A stretch of DNA of 62,933 bases, filler included, from Octopus bimaculoides (Eukaryota), in the NCBI RefSeq assembly GCF_001194135.2. It is 5 parts of 4 records of this genome, joined end to end, with 100 filler letters (N's around TTAATTAATTAA, not from the genome) between each part and the next. Parts side by side here need not be neighbours in the genome. Positions count along the whole stretch, not along the records: positions 1 to 23,444 come from NC_068981.1; positions 23,545 to 38,248 come from NC_069002.1; 3 more parts are not named here. One strand, 5' to 3'. The notes under the pieces are model-generated. The model saw only the letters and a program-made list of their open reading frames with translations. It searched no databases and had not been told where the DNA came from. Positions 13,326 through 25,572 of this stretch are shown one piece after another. Made by a program: the position numbers and the translations under genes. Positions within the stretch are counted from its first letter, which is position 1. Each line of letters begins with the position of its first letter.

Positions 13326-13368
<43 letters not shown>

Positions 13369-13789
13369 TTGGGCGTGCGTTCGTGTGTGCATATATGTGT
13401 GTGTGCGTGCGTGTGTGCATATATGTGTGTGTGCGTGTCTTTATTTCTGTACGTGTATGTACATATATAGTTTACCCTTCCATTACAAGTAGCTCCAACA
13501 AGAAGGTAATCCATCCATTGAACGGTAAATATCATTTAATATATACAGTATTTAAAAATGAGCTACTAATAGTTTTATGCCGAGGAAACACAATAATTCA
13601 ACAGGTTTATATAAAAGTGCCTTGTGTTTCCAAACAAGCATCCAAGCTCAATACACATGGTTAGTCTTATTTGAAAAAGAGGACGCTAGTCAATGAGAAA
13701 ACATGAGAAAAACAAGGAGATTGATCCAAAAGGTGGTACGAGGAAACAAAAGGTGAATAAAAACAGAAAAAAAAAGAAAAGCAAGAGAT

Positions 13790-14190
13790 CTGTCCCCTTT
13801 GTTTGTCGAAGTCATAATTAAACTTTCTAGAGTAGAATAATTCACTGGCGAAGTGGTCAAAGGTTGCCAGATGGCTGCTGAATCCAGAGAGCGTGGTGTC
13901 TTTCAGTTCGACAAATGGAATTTTCCTATGTGCTTACATTTGCTACAATTTCGGATCTGGAATTAAGTAGTGAGGTGAAATTCTTGGATCTAGAAAGAAT
14001 GTGCGGTCTTTCAGCAACTTGGAGAGACACGGCACTTTTATATAAACCTTCTGAATTATTTAACAGATTAATATTATGTAAGGAGATAATTTGTGAGAGA
14101 TTTTTTTGTGTTGGAAAAACCAATCCTAACCGTGTGCGAGTTGATAATCGAGTAATACCTAGAATTGTAATGAATCTTAGCCCATCTATG
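13790..14190 (-). mobile_element. Probable PLE fragment (linker between RT and endonuclease)
   Basis: Minus ORF LGLVFPTQKNLSQIISLHNINLLNNSEGLYK...SRSKNFTSLL resembles the PLE linker; adjacent to other PLE pieces. Confidence 0.45.
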
Positions 14191-14299
14191 TTCTTTATAT
14201 ACATGGGTGTCAGAGTGTTGGAGCGCATATATATATATATATAACAAAATTTAAGGTGAAAAAGTACAGAAATCTTGTTTGTGTGGATAAAGATTATTT

Positions 14300-15055
14300 A
14301 AGCTATTACAATATGTACAGTTGACCGGTTTCACAACGCTAATCATGACCCAATGTTATGAAATCATAAGTTTTTGATTTAATCATACGTAGAAGCAGGT
14401 ATGAAACAGTTTTGCGGTTTTATAGGAGAGCATAGTTCAAGGGGGATAATCAGTGAATATAACGTTTGTTAGCTAAAGGGATAATCAGTGGATATAATAT
14501 TTCTTAGCTAAGGGGCGGGGTAAATCTTTTTTACATTTTTTCTGGTTTTTTATTTTTATTTGTGAACTCCATTATATATTGGTATAGTGGAAATATTGTG
14601 AATTGTGATTGGCGTTTCTTAGCACATCTGTTTATGTGACCACTGAGTGGTATTTGACGGTATTGATGGAGGTAGATTTGTTTTCTGTGTAGTGTAGATC
14701 TACGTCCTAGGGACATTCCTGTTAAACCTACATAGTCCTTACTGCAACCGGAACATGTTATGACGTAGATGAAATTTTCAGTGGCGCAAGTGAAATCAGT
14801 TTTTATTATTTTTTTTCTTGTATAAAATAGAATCCTGAGCCTCCCCTTAGGCTGAGACATGTTCCACAGTTTGGTCGTCCACATTTTTTTAATTCTTGCT
14901 TCCGTTATTTTGCGGCATAGTTTTGCATTTGTGAGTACCCGTTTTAGTGGTTTGGCTGTTTGTTGCTTTTAATAATTTTATGGGTGCGTAGAATTTTATA
15001 CAGCTCAGAATTCTTATGTAAGTATTGGGAGGTTTTGGATCATAGTGTTATATGT
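14300..15055 (-). mobile_element. PLE 3' end: linker, CGRPNCGTC knuckle, GIY-YIG and 3' UTR
   Basis: Minus ORF 14531-14884 FTCATENFIYVITCSGCSKDYVGLTGMSLGRRSTLHRKQI...PLSGHINRCA; TGTGGACGACCAAACTGTGGAACATGT encodes CGRPNCGTC in another frame. Confidence 0.88.
14318..14355 (-). ncRNA. Degenerate minimal hammerhead-like motif in the PLE 3' UTR
   Basis: Minus: GGTCATGATTAGCGTTGT-GAAAC-CG-GTC-AACTG; palindromic stem III ACCGGT and GUC site retained, CUGANGA box damaged. Confidence 0.4.
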
Positions 15056-15059
15056 TATC

Positions 15060-18000
15060 GGACCTCCGATAAATACACTAACAACATACCAAATGAAACA
15101 CCACATCGTACCACAAGGGAACAAATCACTCAGAGATAGAAAATTCGCCTTTTGGAAGATGATCAAAACAACAACAAAGCGATATATACGAAAAATGGCT
15201 CAATCTGACACCATTAATTCTCCCCCGCAAACTCTAGATCAAAGCCATTTTAGATGAACCTGAGGCAGAAAGATGTCTCAGGGAAAGAATGGTACTGGAA
15301 AAAATGAAGATAGAAATAGTTCTTCTAATATTGAGGGCTCTGATAAATGAAGATAAAATCTATCGGTGATGTGATCATCCAAGAAATTAACAAAACGACT
15401 CAAGGCCCCGACCTACAGAGGATCTCCAAACTATGGAAAGAGGATTGTGATAGAGAAGAACTGAAATCCCTCCAACTCTGGGGAAAAAATAACGTCAGTT
15501 GGTTCCCAAATTATTAAACTGTATTTCAAACAGAATACGCTGCCAATAACACTTTCCAGAAAATAAGAAAATCAAAACAACACTCAAACAGATTCACACC
15601 TATCTAAAAATCGGAACTATCACTACTAACGAAAAATGAATACAAGATCTAACCCTTATTTTGTAACCCACCAGCTAAACAACATCGGGACTACCACAAC
15701 ATCTAACAGAGAAAAGAAAAATCACTACCCAAAGGAGAGACATTGCAACCTCCCTCCCCCCATAAGGAGTTACCAACGAAATTTTCGTTCCAACAATCTA
15801 CTAAACAACCACGCACAACAAACTTGTACCACATCTAATAATTGCCAACGACGGCCCCCTAAAACATCACATCCGAATATGGGATATAAGAACACACCTT
15901 TCAATACCCTTCTAAGAACCCGCACCATAAGTCACAACAGGGAATAACTACATAACAGCTACCGTCCCAATCACCTCAATCATTTTTTAGACCCAATACG
16001 CAAACACAGAGATACGAGATAGCACCAGACAGACAGAAAGAACCAAAAGTGATAAAAATCATTAACATAACTCACCCCCACCCACCCCCAATGCCCCAAC
16101 TACAATGAAATGAAAGTAGACGTCGCAGAATTATGTAGAAAATTACGACAAATACAACGAGGGCGAATCGTTAGTCCGAAATAGAAGTAACTACACCCTT
16201 TCAAANNNNNNNNNNNNNNNNNNNNNNNNNNNNNNNNNNNNNNNNNNNNNNNNNNNNNNNNNNNNNNNNNNNNNNNNNNNNNAAAAAAAAAAAAAAAAAA
16301 AGAATGGGCTGAGCTGAACAAATTAAAAGATAATAAAATAATAACAACCAAAATGGCTAATAAAGGGAGTGCAGTTGTCTTAATGGACACAGTATACTAT
16401 ATAACTCTAGTACTATCCATATTAGAAGACACAACATATGAAAAGGTCCAACACTACAGTCAGCAGAAATAATGAGAAATCTAAAATCTCTGTTAAACCT
16501 ATACAGAGAAGGGCTTACCGACAAGGAACAGGATTATATGACTAACTTCAAAAGTATATCTGATCAATTCTACGGTATTCCTAAGATACACAAAAGAGAG
16601 AAAATAAGTAACGTATGCAGGATAGCCACAGACATAATAAACAAGGTGCCTACTCCTAATAACCTCAAATTAAGACTTATAATAACAGGTCCCGCATGCG
16701 AAACCCACCGCCTCGTAAAAATATTCCTCAAGCATATCAAAAGCTATATAAGGAACGATCTAAATATGCCCAATCACCTCCCTAAAACAATAAAAAAAAA
16801 CACCCTACTAGTCTCCTTCGATGTAGTCAACCTCCATTCTAATATCCACCAAAGCCTAGGAATAGAAGCAATTCAATTCTGGCTAGAGAATTATTTCAAT
16901 GAACTCACACATCGCATCAAAAAAGAATTCGTAATAGCAGGGCTAAAATTCATCTTGGAGAATATCTATTTTGTCTTCAAAGACAACTTCTATTGTATCG
17001 ACAAAAATCGGGGACTGCGATGGGTACGAGAATGGCCCACTCCTTTGCTAACCCAGTCATGGGATATCTAGAAATCTGTCTTTATCCTAAGGTACTACAA
17101 AAATACGGCAACCCATTCTCCCTCTACATAGAAAATAACTGGAAGAGGTTTCTGGATGATTTTTTCATTCTTTGGCATGAAAGTATAGAGAGACGTGAAA
17201 AATTTCAAGCACTTGACGTAACCATTCAATTTACGATGGAATATAACATAACCATCAACAACTTTCATTCCTTGACATCCTCATTAAGAAATCTAACAAC
17301 GAAATAGAAACAGATATATACTATAAGTCAACAGACTCCAAGCAATATGTACCGTTCAATTCATGCCACCCCAGACACACTAGAATGAATATCCCTTTCA
17401 ACCAAGCAAAAAGGATTTGTAGTATAGTTTCTAATACAAGCACCAGGGACACTTATTACCAGGAACTACCCACCATCACTAATTGATGTCTGCTTTCAAC
17501 ATGTCCTACAACTCAACATCCAAGAACTCAGACGTTCCAAATTAAAGAAGGCTTTACAACCAAAAGCCCTACCATGCATCTCCACACACAACCTTCTTAA
17601 CACTGAAGCATTTGACACCATCCTCCAGAAAATTTCCCTACTAAAAAAGGACCACAGAATGAATTTAATCCTCTAAACGCACAACATCATAAAGAGCAAA
17701 AGACAACCCAAATCTATGAAAAGTCTCCTAACACAAGCCCAAGTACGCTCGACAACAACACTGAAGCCGTCAGTAAAAAAATGTGGAAGACCTAACTGTG
17801 GTATATGCGTCAACCTAATTGAGGGATCGGAGTTCTCCTTTAAATAGGGCCAACGTTTTACAGTAAAAAAACAACTTCACATGTGCTTCTGAGAACCTGA
17901 TGTATGTATTAACTTGTTCTGGGTATCGAGAGCAATGCATAGACCAAACCGAAAACAGTCTACGTCAAAGGATGGTTCTAATAGATCCCAGATCGAAATT

Positions 18001-18200
18001 CGGGAGTATAGAAAAATAGCATTCAGCGAACACATCGATATTTGCGCCATTAACGAACAACCCAGCTTCAGAATTAGCAAAGTGTCATATTTTATCACAA
18101 AATATAAACCCCTTTTGAATGTATCCACCACAAATTACACTATTACAAGGGCCTTAGAATAATATCCACGCAAATATTAAAAATGATATATTCAGAATAG
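15060..18200 (+). mobile_element. Near-complete decayed Penelope-like retroelement (RT plus GIY-YIG)
   Basis: MANKGSAVVLMD; FYGIPKIHK; SFDVVNLHSNI; YRQKSGTAMG; WKRFLDDFF; thumb TDIYYKSTDSKQYVPFNSCHPRHTRMNIP; SKRQPKS; CGRPNCGIC; NLMYVLTCSG...FSEHIDICA; several frameshifts and stops; 5' boundary uncertain. Confidence 0.93.
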
Positions 18201-18327
18201 TCACTACCCATGAATTTATTCAGAACAATTCCGATCACTTTTACAACCACAACAGGTCACTTTTAAGTCACTTAACCAGTTAAGAGGATTCCACCAACAT
18301 CTTGCTACTGTCATACCACTCCCACGT

Positions 18328-18440
18328 TCTTCTTCTTCTTCTTCTTCTTCTTCTTCTTCTTCTTCTTCTTCTTCTTCTTCTTCTTCTTCTTCTTCTTCTT
18401 CTTCTTCTTCTTCTTCTTCTTCTTCTTCTTCTTCTTCTTC
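18328..18440. repeat. (TTC)n microsatellite running into a gap
   Basis: Directly visible. Confidence 0.97.
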
Positions 18441-19076
18441 NNNNNNNNNNNNNNNNNNNNNNNNNNNNNNNNNNNNNNNNNNNNNNNNNNNNNNNNNNNN
18501 NNNNNNNNNNNNNNNNNNNNNNNNNNNNNNNNNNNNNNNNNNNNNNNNNNNNNNNNNNNNNNNNNNNNNNNNNNNNNNNNNNNNNNNNNNNNNNNNNNNN
18601 NNNNNNNNNNNNNNNNNNNNNNNNNNNNNNNNNNNNNNNNNNNNNNNNNNNNNNNNNNNNNNNNNNNNNNNNNNNNNNNNNNNNNNNNNNNNNNNNNNNN
18701 NNNNNNNNNNNNNNNNNNNNNNNNNNNNNNNNNNNNNNNNNNNNNNNNNNNNNNNNNNNNNNNNNNNNNNNNNNNNNNNNNNNNNNNNNNNNNNNNNNNN
18801 NNNNNNNNNNNNNNNNNNNNNNNNNNNNNNNNNNNNNNNNNNNNNNNNNNNNNNNNNNNNNNTATATATATATATATATATATATATATGCAAATAGTGA
18901 GGGATTACCCAAAACGTTTACCGGTTTGCTCCCAGTTAGGTATTCAAATGAGGTTATTCAACAGTTAACATATAAATCCAACAATGTTGTTATAAGATGA
19001 GAATTTAGATTCCGACCGATATATAACACAGAGTAGATAAACGAATAACTTTGAACAGTTAAATCGAAGAATATTA

Positions 19077-19160
19077 AGACCCTGAAGAAACTGCACCGGT
19101 ATTATAGTAGGCTTGCAATTGAAACGGTTACTAATCGATGCAGTTGAAACATGTTAGTCT
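19077..19160 (+). ncRNA. Type I hammerhead-like motif with a long stem II loop
   Basis: AGACC-CTGAAGA-AACTGCA-(43 nt)-TGCAGTT-GAAAC-ATGT-T-AGTCT: 7-bp stem II, palindromic ACATGT stem III, 4-bp stem I with a core-proximal mismatch. Confidence 0.6.
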
Positions 19161-19179
19161 ATATAAAGCTGTATATATA

Positions 19180-19398
19180 TTCTTTTCTACTCTAGACACA
19201 AGGCCCGAAATTTTGGGGGGCGGGGGCCAGTCGATTAGATCGACCCCAGTACGCAACTGGTACTTAATTTATCGAACCCTAAAGGATGAAAGGCGAAGTC
19301 GACCTCAGCGGAATTTAAACTCAGAACGTAAGGACAGACGTAAAGACAACCCGGCGTAAAGACAGCGTGGCGTGCTAACGTCTCTGCCAGTTCACCGC
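19180..19398 (-). mobile_element. SINE family B, near full length
   Basis: CAAGGCCCGAAATTTTGGGGG...GGATGAAAGGCGAAGTCGACCTCAGCGGAATTTAAACTCAGAACG...CTGCCAGTTCACCGCCT. Confidence 0.88.
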
Positions 19399-20053
19399 CT
19401 TGCAAAGCTGTATATATATGTATTAAAAGAATTAAAGATAATGCTATGCAACTTCGTAATTGTTATTATTATTGTTGTTGATATATATATGCCATGATTG
19501 ATCGCAAAAAGTTTTTTTTTATTCTCTCTTTCTCTTCCTCTCCCTCTCTCTCTCTCACTCTCCCTCTCTCTCCCTCTCTCTTNNNNNNNNNNNNNNNNNN
19601 NNNNNNNNNNNNNNNNNNNNNNNNNNNNNNNNNNNNNNNNNNNNNNNNNNNNNNNNNNNNNNNNNNNNNNNNNNNNNNNNNNNNNNNNNNNNNNNNNNNN
19701 NNNNNNNNNNNNNNNNNNNNNNNNNNNNNNNNNNNNNNNNNNNNNNNNNNNNNNNNNNNNNNNNNNNNNNNNNNNNNNNNNNNNNNNNNNNNNNNNNNNN
19801 NNNNNNNNNNNNNNNNNNNNNNNNNNNNNNNNNNNNNNNNNNNNNNNNNNNNNNNNNNNNNNNNNNNNNNNNNNNNNNNNNNNNNNNNNNNNNNNNNNNN
19901 NNNNNNNNNNNNNNNNNNNNNNNNNNNNNNNNNNNNNNNNNNNNNNNNNNNNNNNNNNNNNNNNNNNNNNNNNNNNNNNNNNNNNNNNNNNNNNNNNNAT
20001 ATATATGTATATATATATACATATATGCACACATACATACATACATACATACA

Positions 20054-20084
<31 letters not shown>

Positions 20085-21568
20085 GTTTATGTGTGCATGC
20101 ATATTATATGTGTGAGTGTCATTGTCGGTGTGCATGTGTGCGCGCGCATGTGTATGTATATTAGAGCACTCTTTATAAGGTATTTTACACACTTATTAAA
20201 CATTACTACGTACTTGGTGCCTCGAGAGTTTCAGTAAGTCTGCAGTTTAACACCAGTGGGTATAACTGATATATATTTTAATGAGTTTCTAACATTCCGT
20301 TCATAAAATATGATTCCCCCATATATATTTATGAGAGCTTAAATACCCATTATATTATGGCACTAAAACGTTATTGTTTTAATTTTTATCGAGATCTCTT
20401 CGGAAAAATAATTGCACAAGGTCGTTTGTGAAACTCCGCCACATATAAACGTATGAATAAGATACATACGTACAGACATACAGACATACAGACATACAGA
20501 CAGACATACAGACAGACATACTGACTGACTGACTGACATACATATGCATGCACATTTACGCACACACAAACACACATATACATACGGAAATACTTCTATA
20601 TTCACACAGATACACACAAGTATTTACATTCCCGAAACAACATCTAGCACCGATAGAATCTTTTGCCTCGCTACTACTGTCAACCCCGCCTCCTAGAATA
20701 GCATAATAAACGATCAAAACTAAAGAGAGCCCCATTAACGTGTCAGTTTGATTGTGATGGCAGAGGTAAATAAAACGATAATGCAAGATAACGGAAATTA
20801 TGGTACCAGCCATCTTGGAATCTGGTTACAACAGATTATATCTTGAAAGATTTTTGGAATGGGACATTTTCAGATTTGTTTGGAATGTTCATACATACAA
20901 ACACACACGATCACACACACACACATACATATACACACTTACACATACATGTATGAACACACACACATACACACACACACATACACTCACACACACATAT
21001 ATATATAAACACAGACATGCTCATGCGCATATGTACGTATAAACACACAAACACACACACACACATATATATATATGGACACATATAAATGTGTATATAT
21101 ATATATATGTGTGTGTGCGTGCGTGTGTGTGTGTGTGTGTGTGTGTACATTTATACATATATATATATACATGTATATATATGTATATGTATAAATATCC
21201 ATATATGTATATATATATGTATATGTATGAATATAATCATAAATATATATATATATATATNNNNNNNNNNNNNNNNNNNNNNNNNNNNNNNNNNNNNNNN
21301 NNNNNNNNNNNNNNNNNNNNNNNNNNNNNNNNNNNNNNNNNNNNNNNNNNNNNNNNNNNNNNNNNNNNNNNNNNNNNNNNNNNNNNNNNNNNNNNNNNNN
21401 NNNNNNNNNNNNNNNNNNNNNNNNNNNNNNNNNNNNNNNNNNNNNNNNNNNNNNNNNNNNNNNNNNNNNNNNNNNNNNNNNNNNNNNNNNNNNNNNNNNN
21501 NNNNNNNNNNNNNNNNNNNNNNNNNNNNNNNNNNNNNNNNNNNNNNNNNNNNNNNNNNNNNNNNNNNN

Positions 21569-21610
<42 letters not shown>

Positions 21611-21941
21611 TAAGTGTTAATTATTGAGAATAAGTTATAGCAGACACGTTAAAACTTATCTAATGTTTTACAATAAATGTCTGGTAGACAATATTAACTA
21701 CGATATCAATAACAATACGAATGTTACAACAAAACAAAAGCCATTACTATAGGAACTAAGAAACAATAAAGATAACAAAAATATTAATAACAATAACTAC
21801 AAAAATATATCAATATCGAAAATATCATGAAGACACATACTTACTGATGTTTGTGAGTATAGTTTGTTTTTGTGTTTTCTGGTTTAGCTGGTACTGGTAA
21901 TAAACGTGCTACCGATAATGTTATTACTACTACTGCTGCTG

Positions 21942-21997
<56 letters not shown>

Positions 21998-22065
21998 CCT
22001 TTCTAATATAGATACAATGCCCGAATTTTTTTTTTAATATAGTCAATTACATCGTCTCCAGAGTT

Positions 22066-23267
22066 CTGTTCAGTTTGGCGCACAATTTTTTAATTAATTT
22101 ATTTTTTAACTAGACAGTTTGAAACTTCGTATACTGGTTGAATTTCTCACCCAGAACACGGTTTACTGTGAACACTTTTTACAAAATTTCGTATTTTAGA
22201 CGTTATTTCGTGTTAAATTTGTCGTATTTGGGTAATTTTAGCCAATCAACGACGTGTATTCACTTGAAGAAGGCTACTACTGTTTGCGATGTTAATCGAA
22301 GAGGAACATCTTCCGGGTTATCTCTATTAAATATCACCACTCTGTTCTATTCGTGTGTCGAGCGAAGACGATGCCACCTTTATCGTTTCTTCCTTTCTGG
22401 TCAGCACCCTGTATTCTTTACTATCAACTAGCAGCAAGCGAGCGAACTTGTCAATGCCACTAAAATTAGCGTATTTTCTGGTGTATAAGCCGCTACTTTT
22501 TACTTGGAAAATTTAGAGTGCGGCTTATAGAAAAGTGCGCCTAATATGTATACTTTTTTATAAGTTTGAGGAGGAAAATAATTTCTGTATGGCGATCGAC
22601 TGATTCCATTGATTTTTTTCAGAGGAAAGGTCGGTTGGTGAACAACGTGAAAGATTACGGCTACAGTAAATTGGTGCCTGGAAGAAAACAAAGCATATTT
22701 GTTTTGTTTACCTTCATGCTTTGATAGATAATGTTATTTTTAATCTAATAAAGACTTATATATTGACGAAATGTGTTTGTTGTTGATTATAGTCAGATAA
22801 AATCATTACAATAATAATACATCTCATAGTTGTAAAATAAGGAATTTTGAAACTACATACACTTCAACAAGAAAAAAGTTAGCTGCGAACCCGTAGCACT
22901 ATATGTTTACTGGTTTCTCCGACGCGAGAACTAAAAACAATTCAAAATGCGTGAAATATGTAACACAGGCAGTAAACAAAAATTAAAATAAAATAAGAGT
23001 GGTAACATTTAGTAGAGATGACTAGGAAGTTGTTCCTCTTCGATTACTATCGCAAACAGCAGTATCCAGTATCTTTCTTCAGTTGATTGGCTAAAATTGT
23101 CCAAATACGAGAAATTTAACACGAAATAACTTCTAAAATACGAAATTTTGTCAAAAATGTTCTAAGTAAACCGTGTTCTGGGTGAGAAATTCCACCAGTA
23201 TACGAAGTTTCAAACTGTTTAGTTAAAAAATAAATTAATTAAAAATCTGTGAGCCAAATTGAACAGA
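22066..23267. mobile_element. About 1.2-kb non-autonomous element with about 250-bp TIRs
   Basis: 22066-22313 (CTGTTCAGTTTGGCGCACAA...GAAGAGGAACATCTTCC) is the reverse complement of 23025-23267 (GGAAGTTGTTCCTCTTCG...GAGCCAAATTGAACAG); no ORF inside. Confidence 0.85.
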
Positions 23268-23420
23268 TGCGACCCAAGTACTCGACTGAATTTTATTTCA
23301 TCGATCCTGAAAAGATGAAAGGCAAAGTCGACCTCGTCAGAATTTGAACATAGAACGTGTAGATGGACGAAATACCGCTAAAAAATTCCCCCGATGTGCT
23401 AAAGATTCTGCCAGCTCAAC
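23268..23420 (-). mobile_element. SINE family B, 5' part; its 3' part lies at about 22010-22060, across the TIR element
   Basis: GATGAAAGGCAAAGTCGACCTCG...CTGCCAGCTC on the right; TGCCCGAATTTTT...GTCAATTACATCG on the left. Confidence 0.7.
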
Positions 23421-23709
23421 TCCTTATAATAATAATAATAATAANNNNNNNNNNNNNNNNNNNNNNNNNNNNNNNNNNNNNNNNNNNNTTAATTAATTAA
23501 NNNNNNNNNNNNNNNNNNNNNNNNNNNNNNNNNNNNNNNNNNNNATAGAGAGATGGAGAAAGAAAGAAAGCGGGACACACACACACAAGCACACTCATGA
23601 TCAAGACGGTTTGCATGCGTACACACACACACACACATGCAAACAGAGGGAGAGAAAGACACCCACTCAAACACACACACACACACGCAGACAACTACGC
23701 GTTTCAACA

Positions 23710-23849
23710 GTTACTTCATCAACAGAGAGAGAGAGAGAGAAAAAACCGGCAGTGAGAGAGAGGAAGACAGAAAAAGAAAGAAAGAGTGAGAAAGAGAAAC
23801 TAGTCAAGATCGAAAGAGAGACCAGCAGAAAGAGAAAGAAAGACCAGTT

Positions 23850-23880
<31 letters not shown>

Positions 23881-24134
23881 AGAGGGAGAGACCAGTAGAA
23901 AGAGACAAGTTGAGAGAGAAAAACAGGCAGCGAGAGAGAGAGAGAGTGTGTGTGTGAGTAAGAGAGAGAGAGAGAGAGTGAGAGAGACAGAAACTAGCCA
24001 AGATCGGGAGAAAGAGAGAGACCAACAGAAAGAGACCAGTTGAGAGAGAAAAGCCGATAGCGAAAGAGAGAGAGAGAGGGAGAAATACATTTACATATAC
24101 ATCTATACACACCTCCCAAACAGAACTAATCAGA

Positions 24135-24177
<43 letters not shown>

Positions 24178-24410
24178 TACCGGCTGAAAGAGAAAAAGTG
24201 AGAAAGCGAGAGAGAGGGACTGACAGAGAGAGAAAGAAAGACACAAATACATATATTCGTACATACACCTCGCAATCAGGACGGTTCACACACAGACACA
24301 CACACACCTTACCGGCAGAAGAAAAGACTGAAAGAGAGAGAGAGAGAAAGAGGGGAATAGGAAGAGAAATAGCTAGAAAGAGATAGAGAGAAGCAGGAAG
24401 ATATATAGTG
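23710..24410. repeat. Degenerate (GA)n-rich tract with interspersed CCAG/CTAG variants and (CA)n
   Basis: Directly visible; source of the SL-rich and ER-rich ORFs. Confidence 0.9.
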
Positions 24411-24687
24411 AGGGGGAAATTAGATAGTCGGAGATAACCCTGCTGCTCTGTCTCTGTCTCTACCCAACCACTTCAATTACGCATGTGCAGTCATTCAGAA
24501 CATCTCCAGCACATCTCAAACATAATAAAATAATAAAACAATATATACATAACAGAAATATAATATAAATACACACAAAGTACCCTCCTTTACTCAGTCT
24601 TCTTTTAAAGCACCTTCACCTCGAGCCATGGGATATATTATCGACTGTACACACTGAAAAGGTATATATATAGAATATATATTCACA

Positions 24688-24762
24688 ATGAGCACATCTA
24701 CAGAGTCTAGGGGTGCTTTTTCGGACGTGGATACCTTTTACCAGGCCGTTAAAAGAACACAG
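24688..24762 (+). CDS. Candidate first coding exon, MSTSTESRGAFSDVDTFYQAVKRTQ, product unknown
   Basis: CACAATGA start with A at -3; 25 open codons; consensus donor CAG|GTGAGT in phase 0; unique sequence; no downstream exon confirmed. Confidence 0.35.
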
Positions 24763-25029
24763 GTGAGTACTTTCTACCTCAACTCTTAATTAATGTGTGT
24801 GTGCGTGTTTGTATACAGTGGAAAACCACGTTTGCTATTTTTTATGTTTATAAATTGTGGTGGTGTTTAGTGGGTTTTCAACTGTTAACAATGAACGTAC
24901 CTTCGAGTTTTAAAACCGTATCATATCTCGGGTTTGTGTGTGTGTGTGTGTGTGTGGTTTCCTGATGTATATTGTATTTATACACACAATTGTTGATATG
25001 GATTATAAAGTGCTTTCTCTTCCACATGT

Positions 25030-25128
25030 ATATCTATCTATCTCTATTTCTATCTGTCTACCTGTCTATTTTCACACCCCTCTATTTTTCTACCTGCCTA
25101 TCTATCTATCTATCTATTTACCAGTCTG

Positions 25129-25160
<32 letters not shown>

Positions 25161-25192
25161 CCCGTCTATATATCTATCTATTTACCAGTCTG

Positions 25193-25252
<60 letters not shown>

Positions 25253-25365
25253 CCCGTCTATCTATCTATCTATCTACCCGTCTATCTATCTATCTATCTA
25301 TCTACCCGTCTATGTATCTATCTATCTATCTACCCGTCTATCTATCTATCTATCTATTTATCTAT
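25030..25365. repeat. (TCTA)n array with periodic CCCG/CCAG interruptions
   Basis: Directly visible; explains the YLSI-repeat ORFs. Confidence 0.95.
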
Positions 25366-25572
25366 CTGCCTGCATTATGTGTGCATTGTGTATGTATATG
25401 TGTATATATGTAGGTGTATATATGTGAGTGTATACATATCTAGATATCCATGCGTATGTCGTCGTGTGTGTATTCTATCTATCTATATATTACTTTATAT
25501 ATGCGTGTGTATACATCACTATAATATATACGTGTGCGCGTGCGTGTGTGTGATTAATGTTTACCTTTTTAC

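Noticed and set aside
14300-15055. Simple inverted pseudo-LTR of the 15-18 kb element
   Set aside because: GIY-YIG regions differ too much for a same-event copy; kept only as an open question in findings
23445-23544. TTAATTAATTAA centred in N runs (23489, 38293, 46593, 59978)
   Set aside because: Identical 12-mer between about 44-N blocks making a 100-nt spacer with stops in all frames; an assembly or scaffolding linker, not biology
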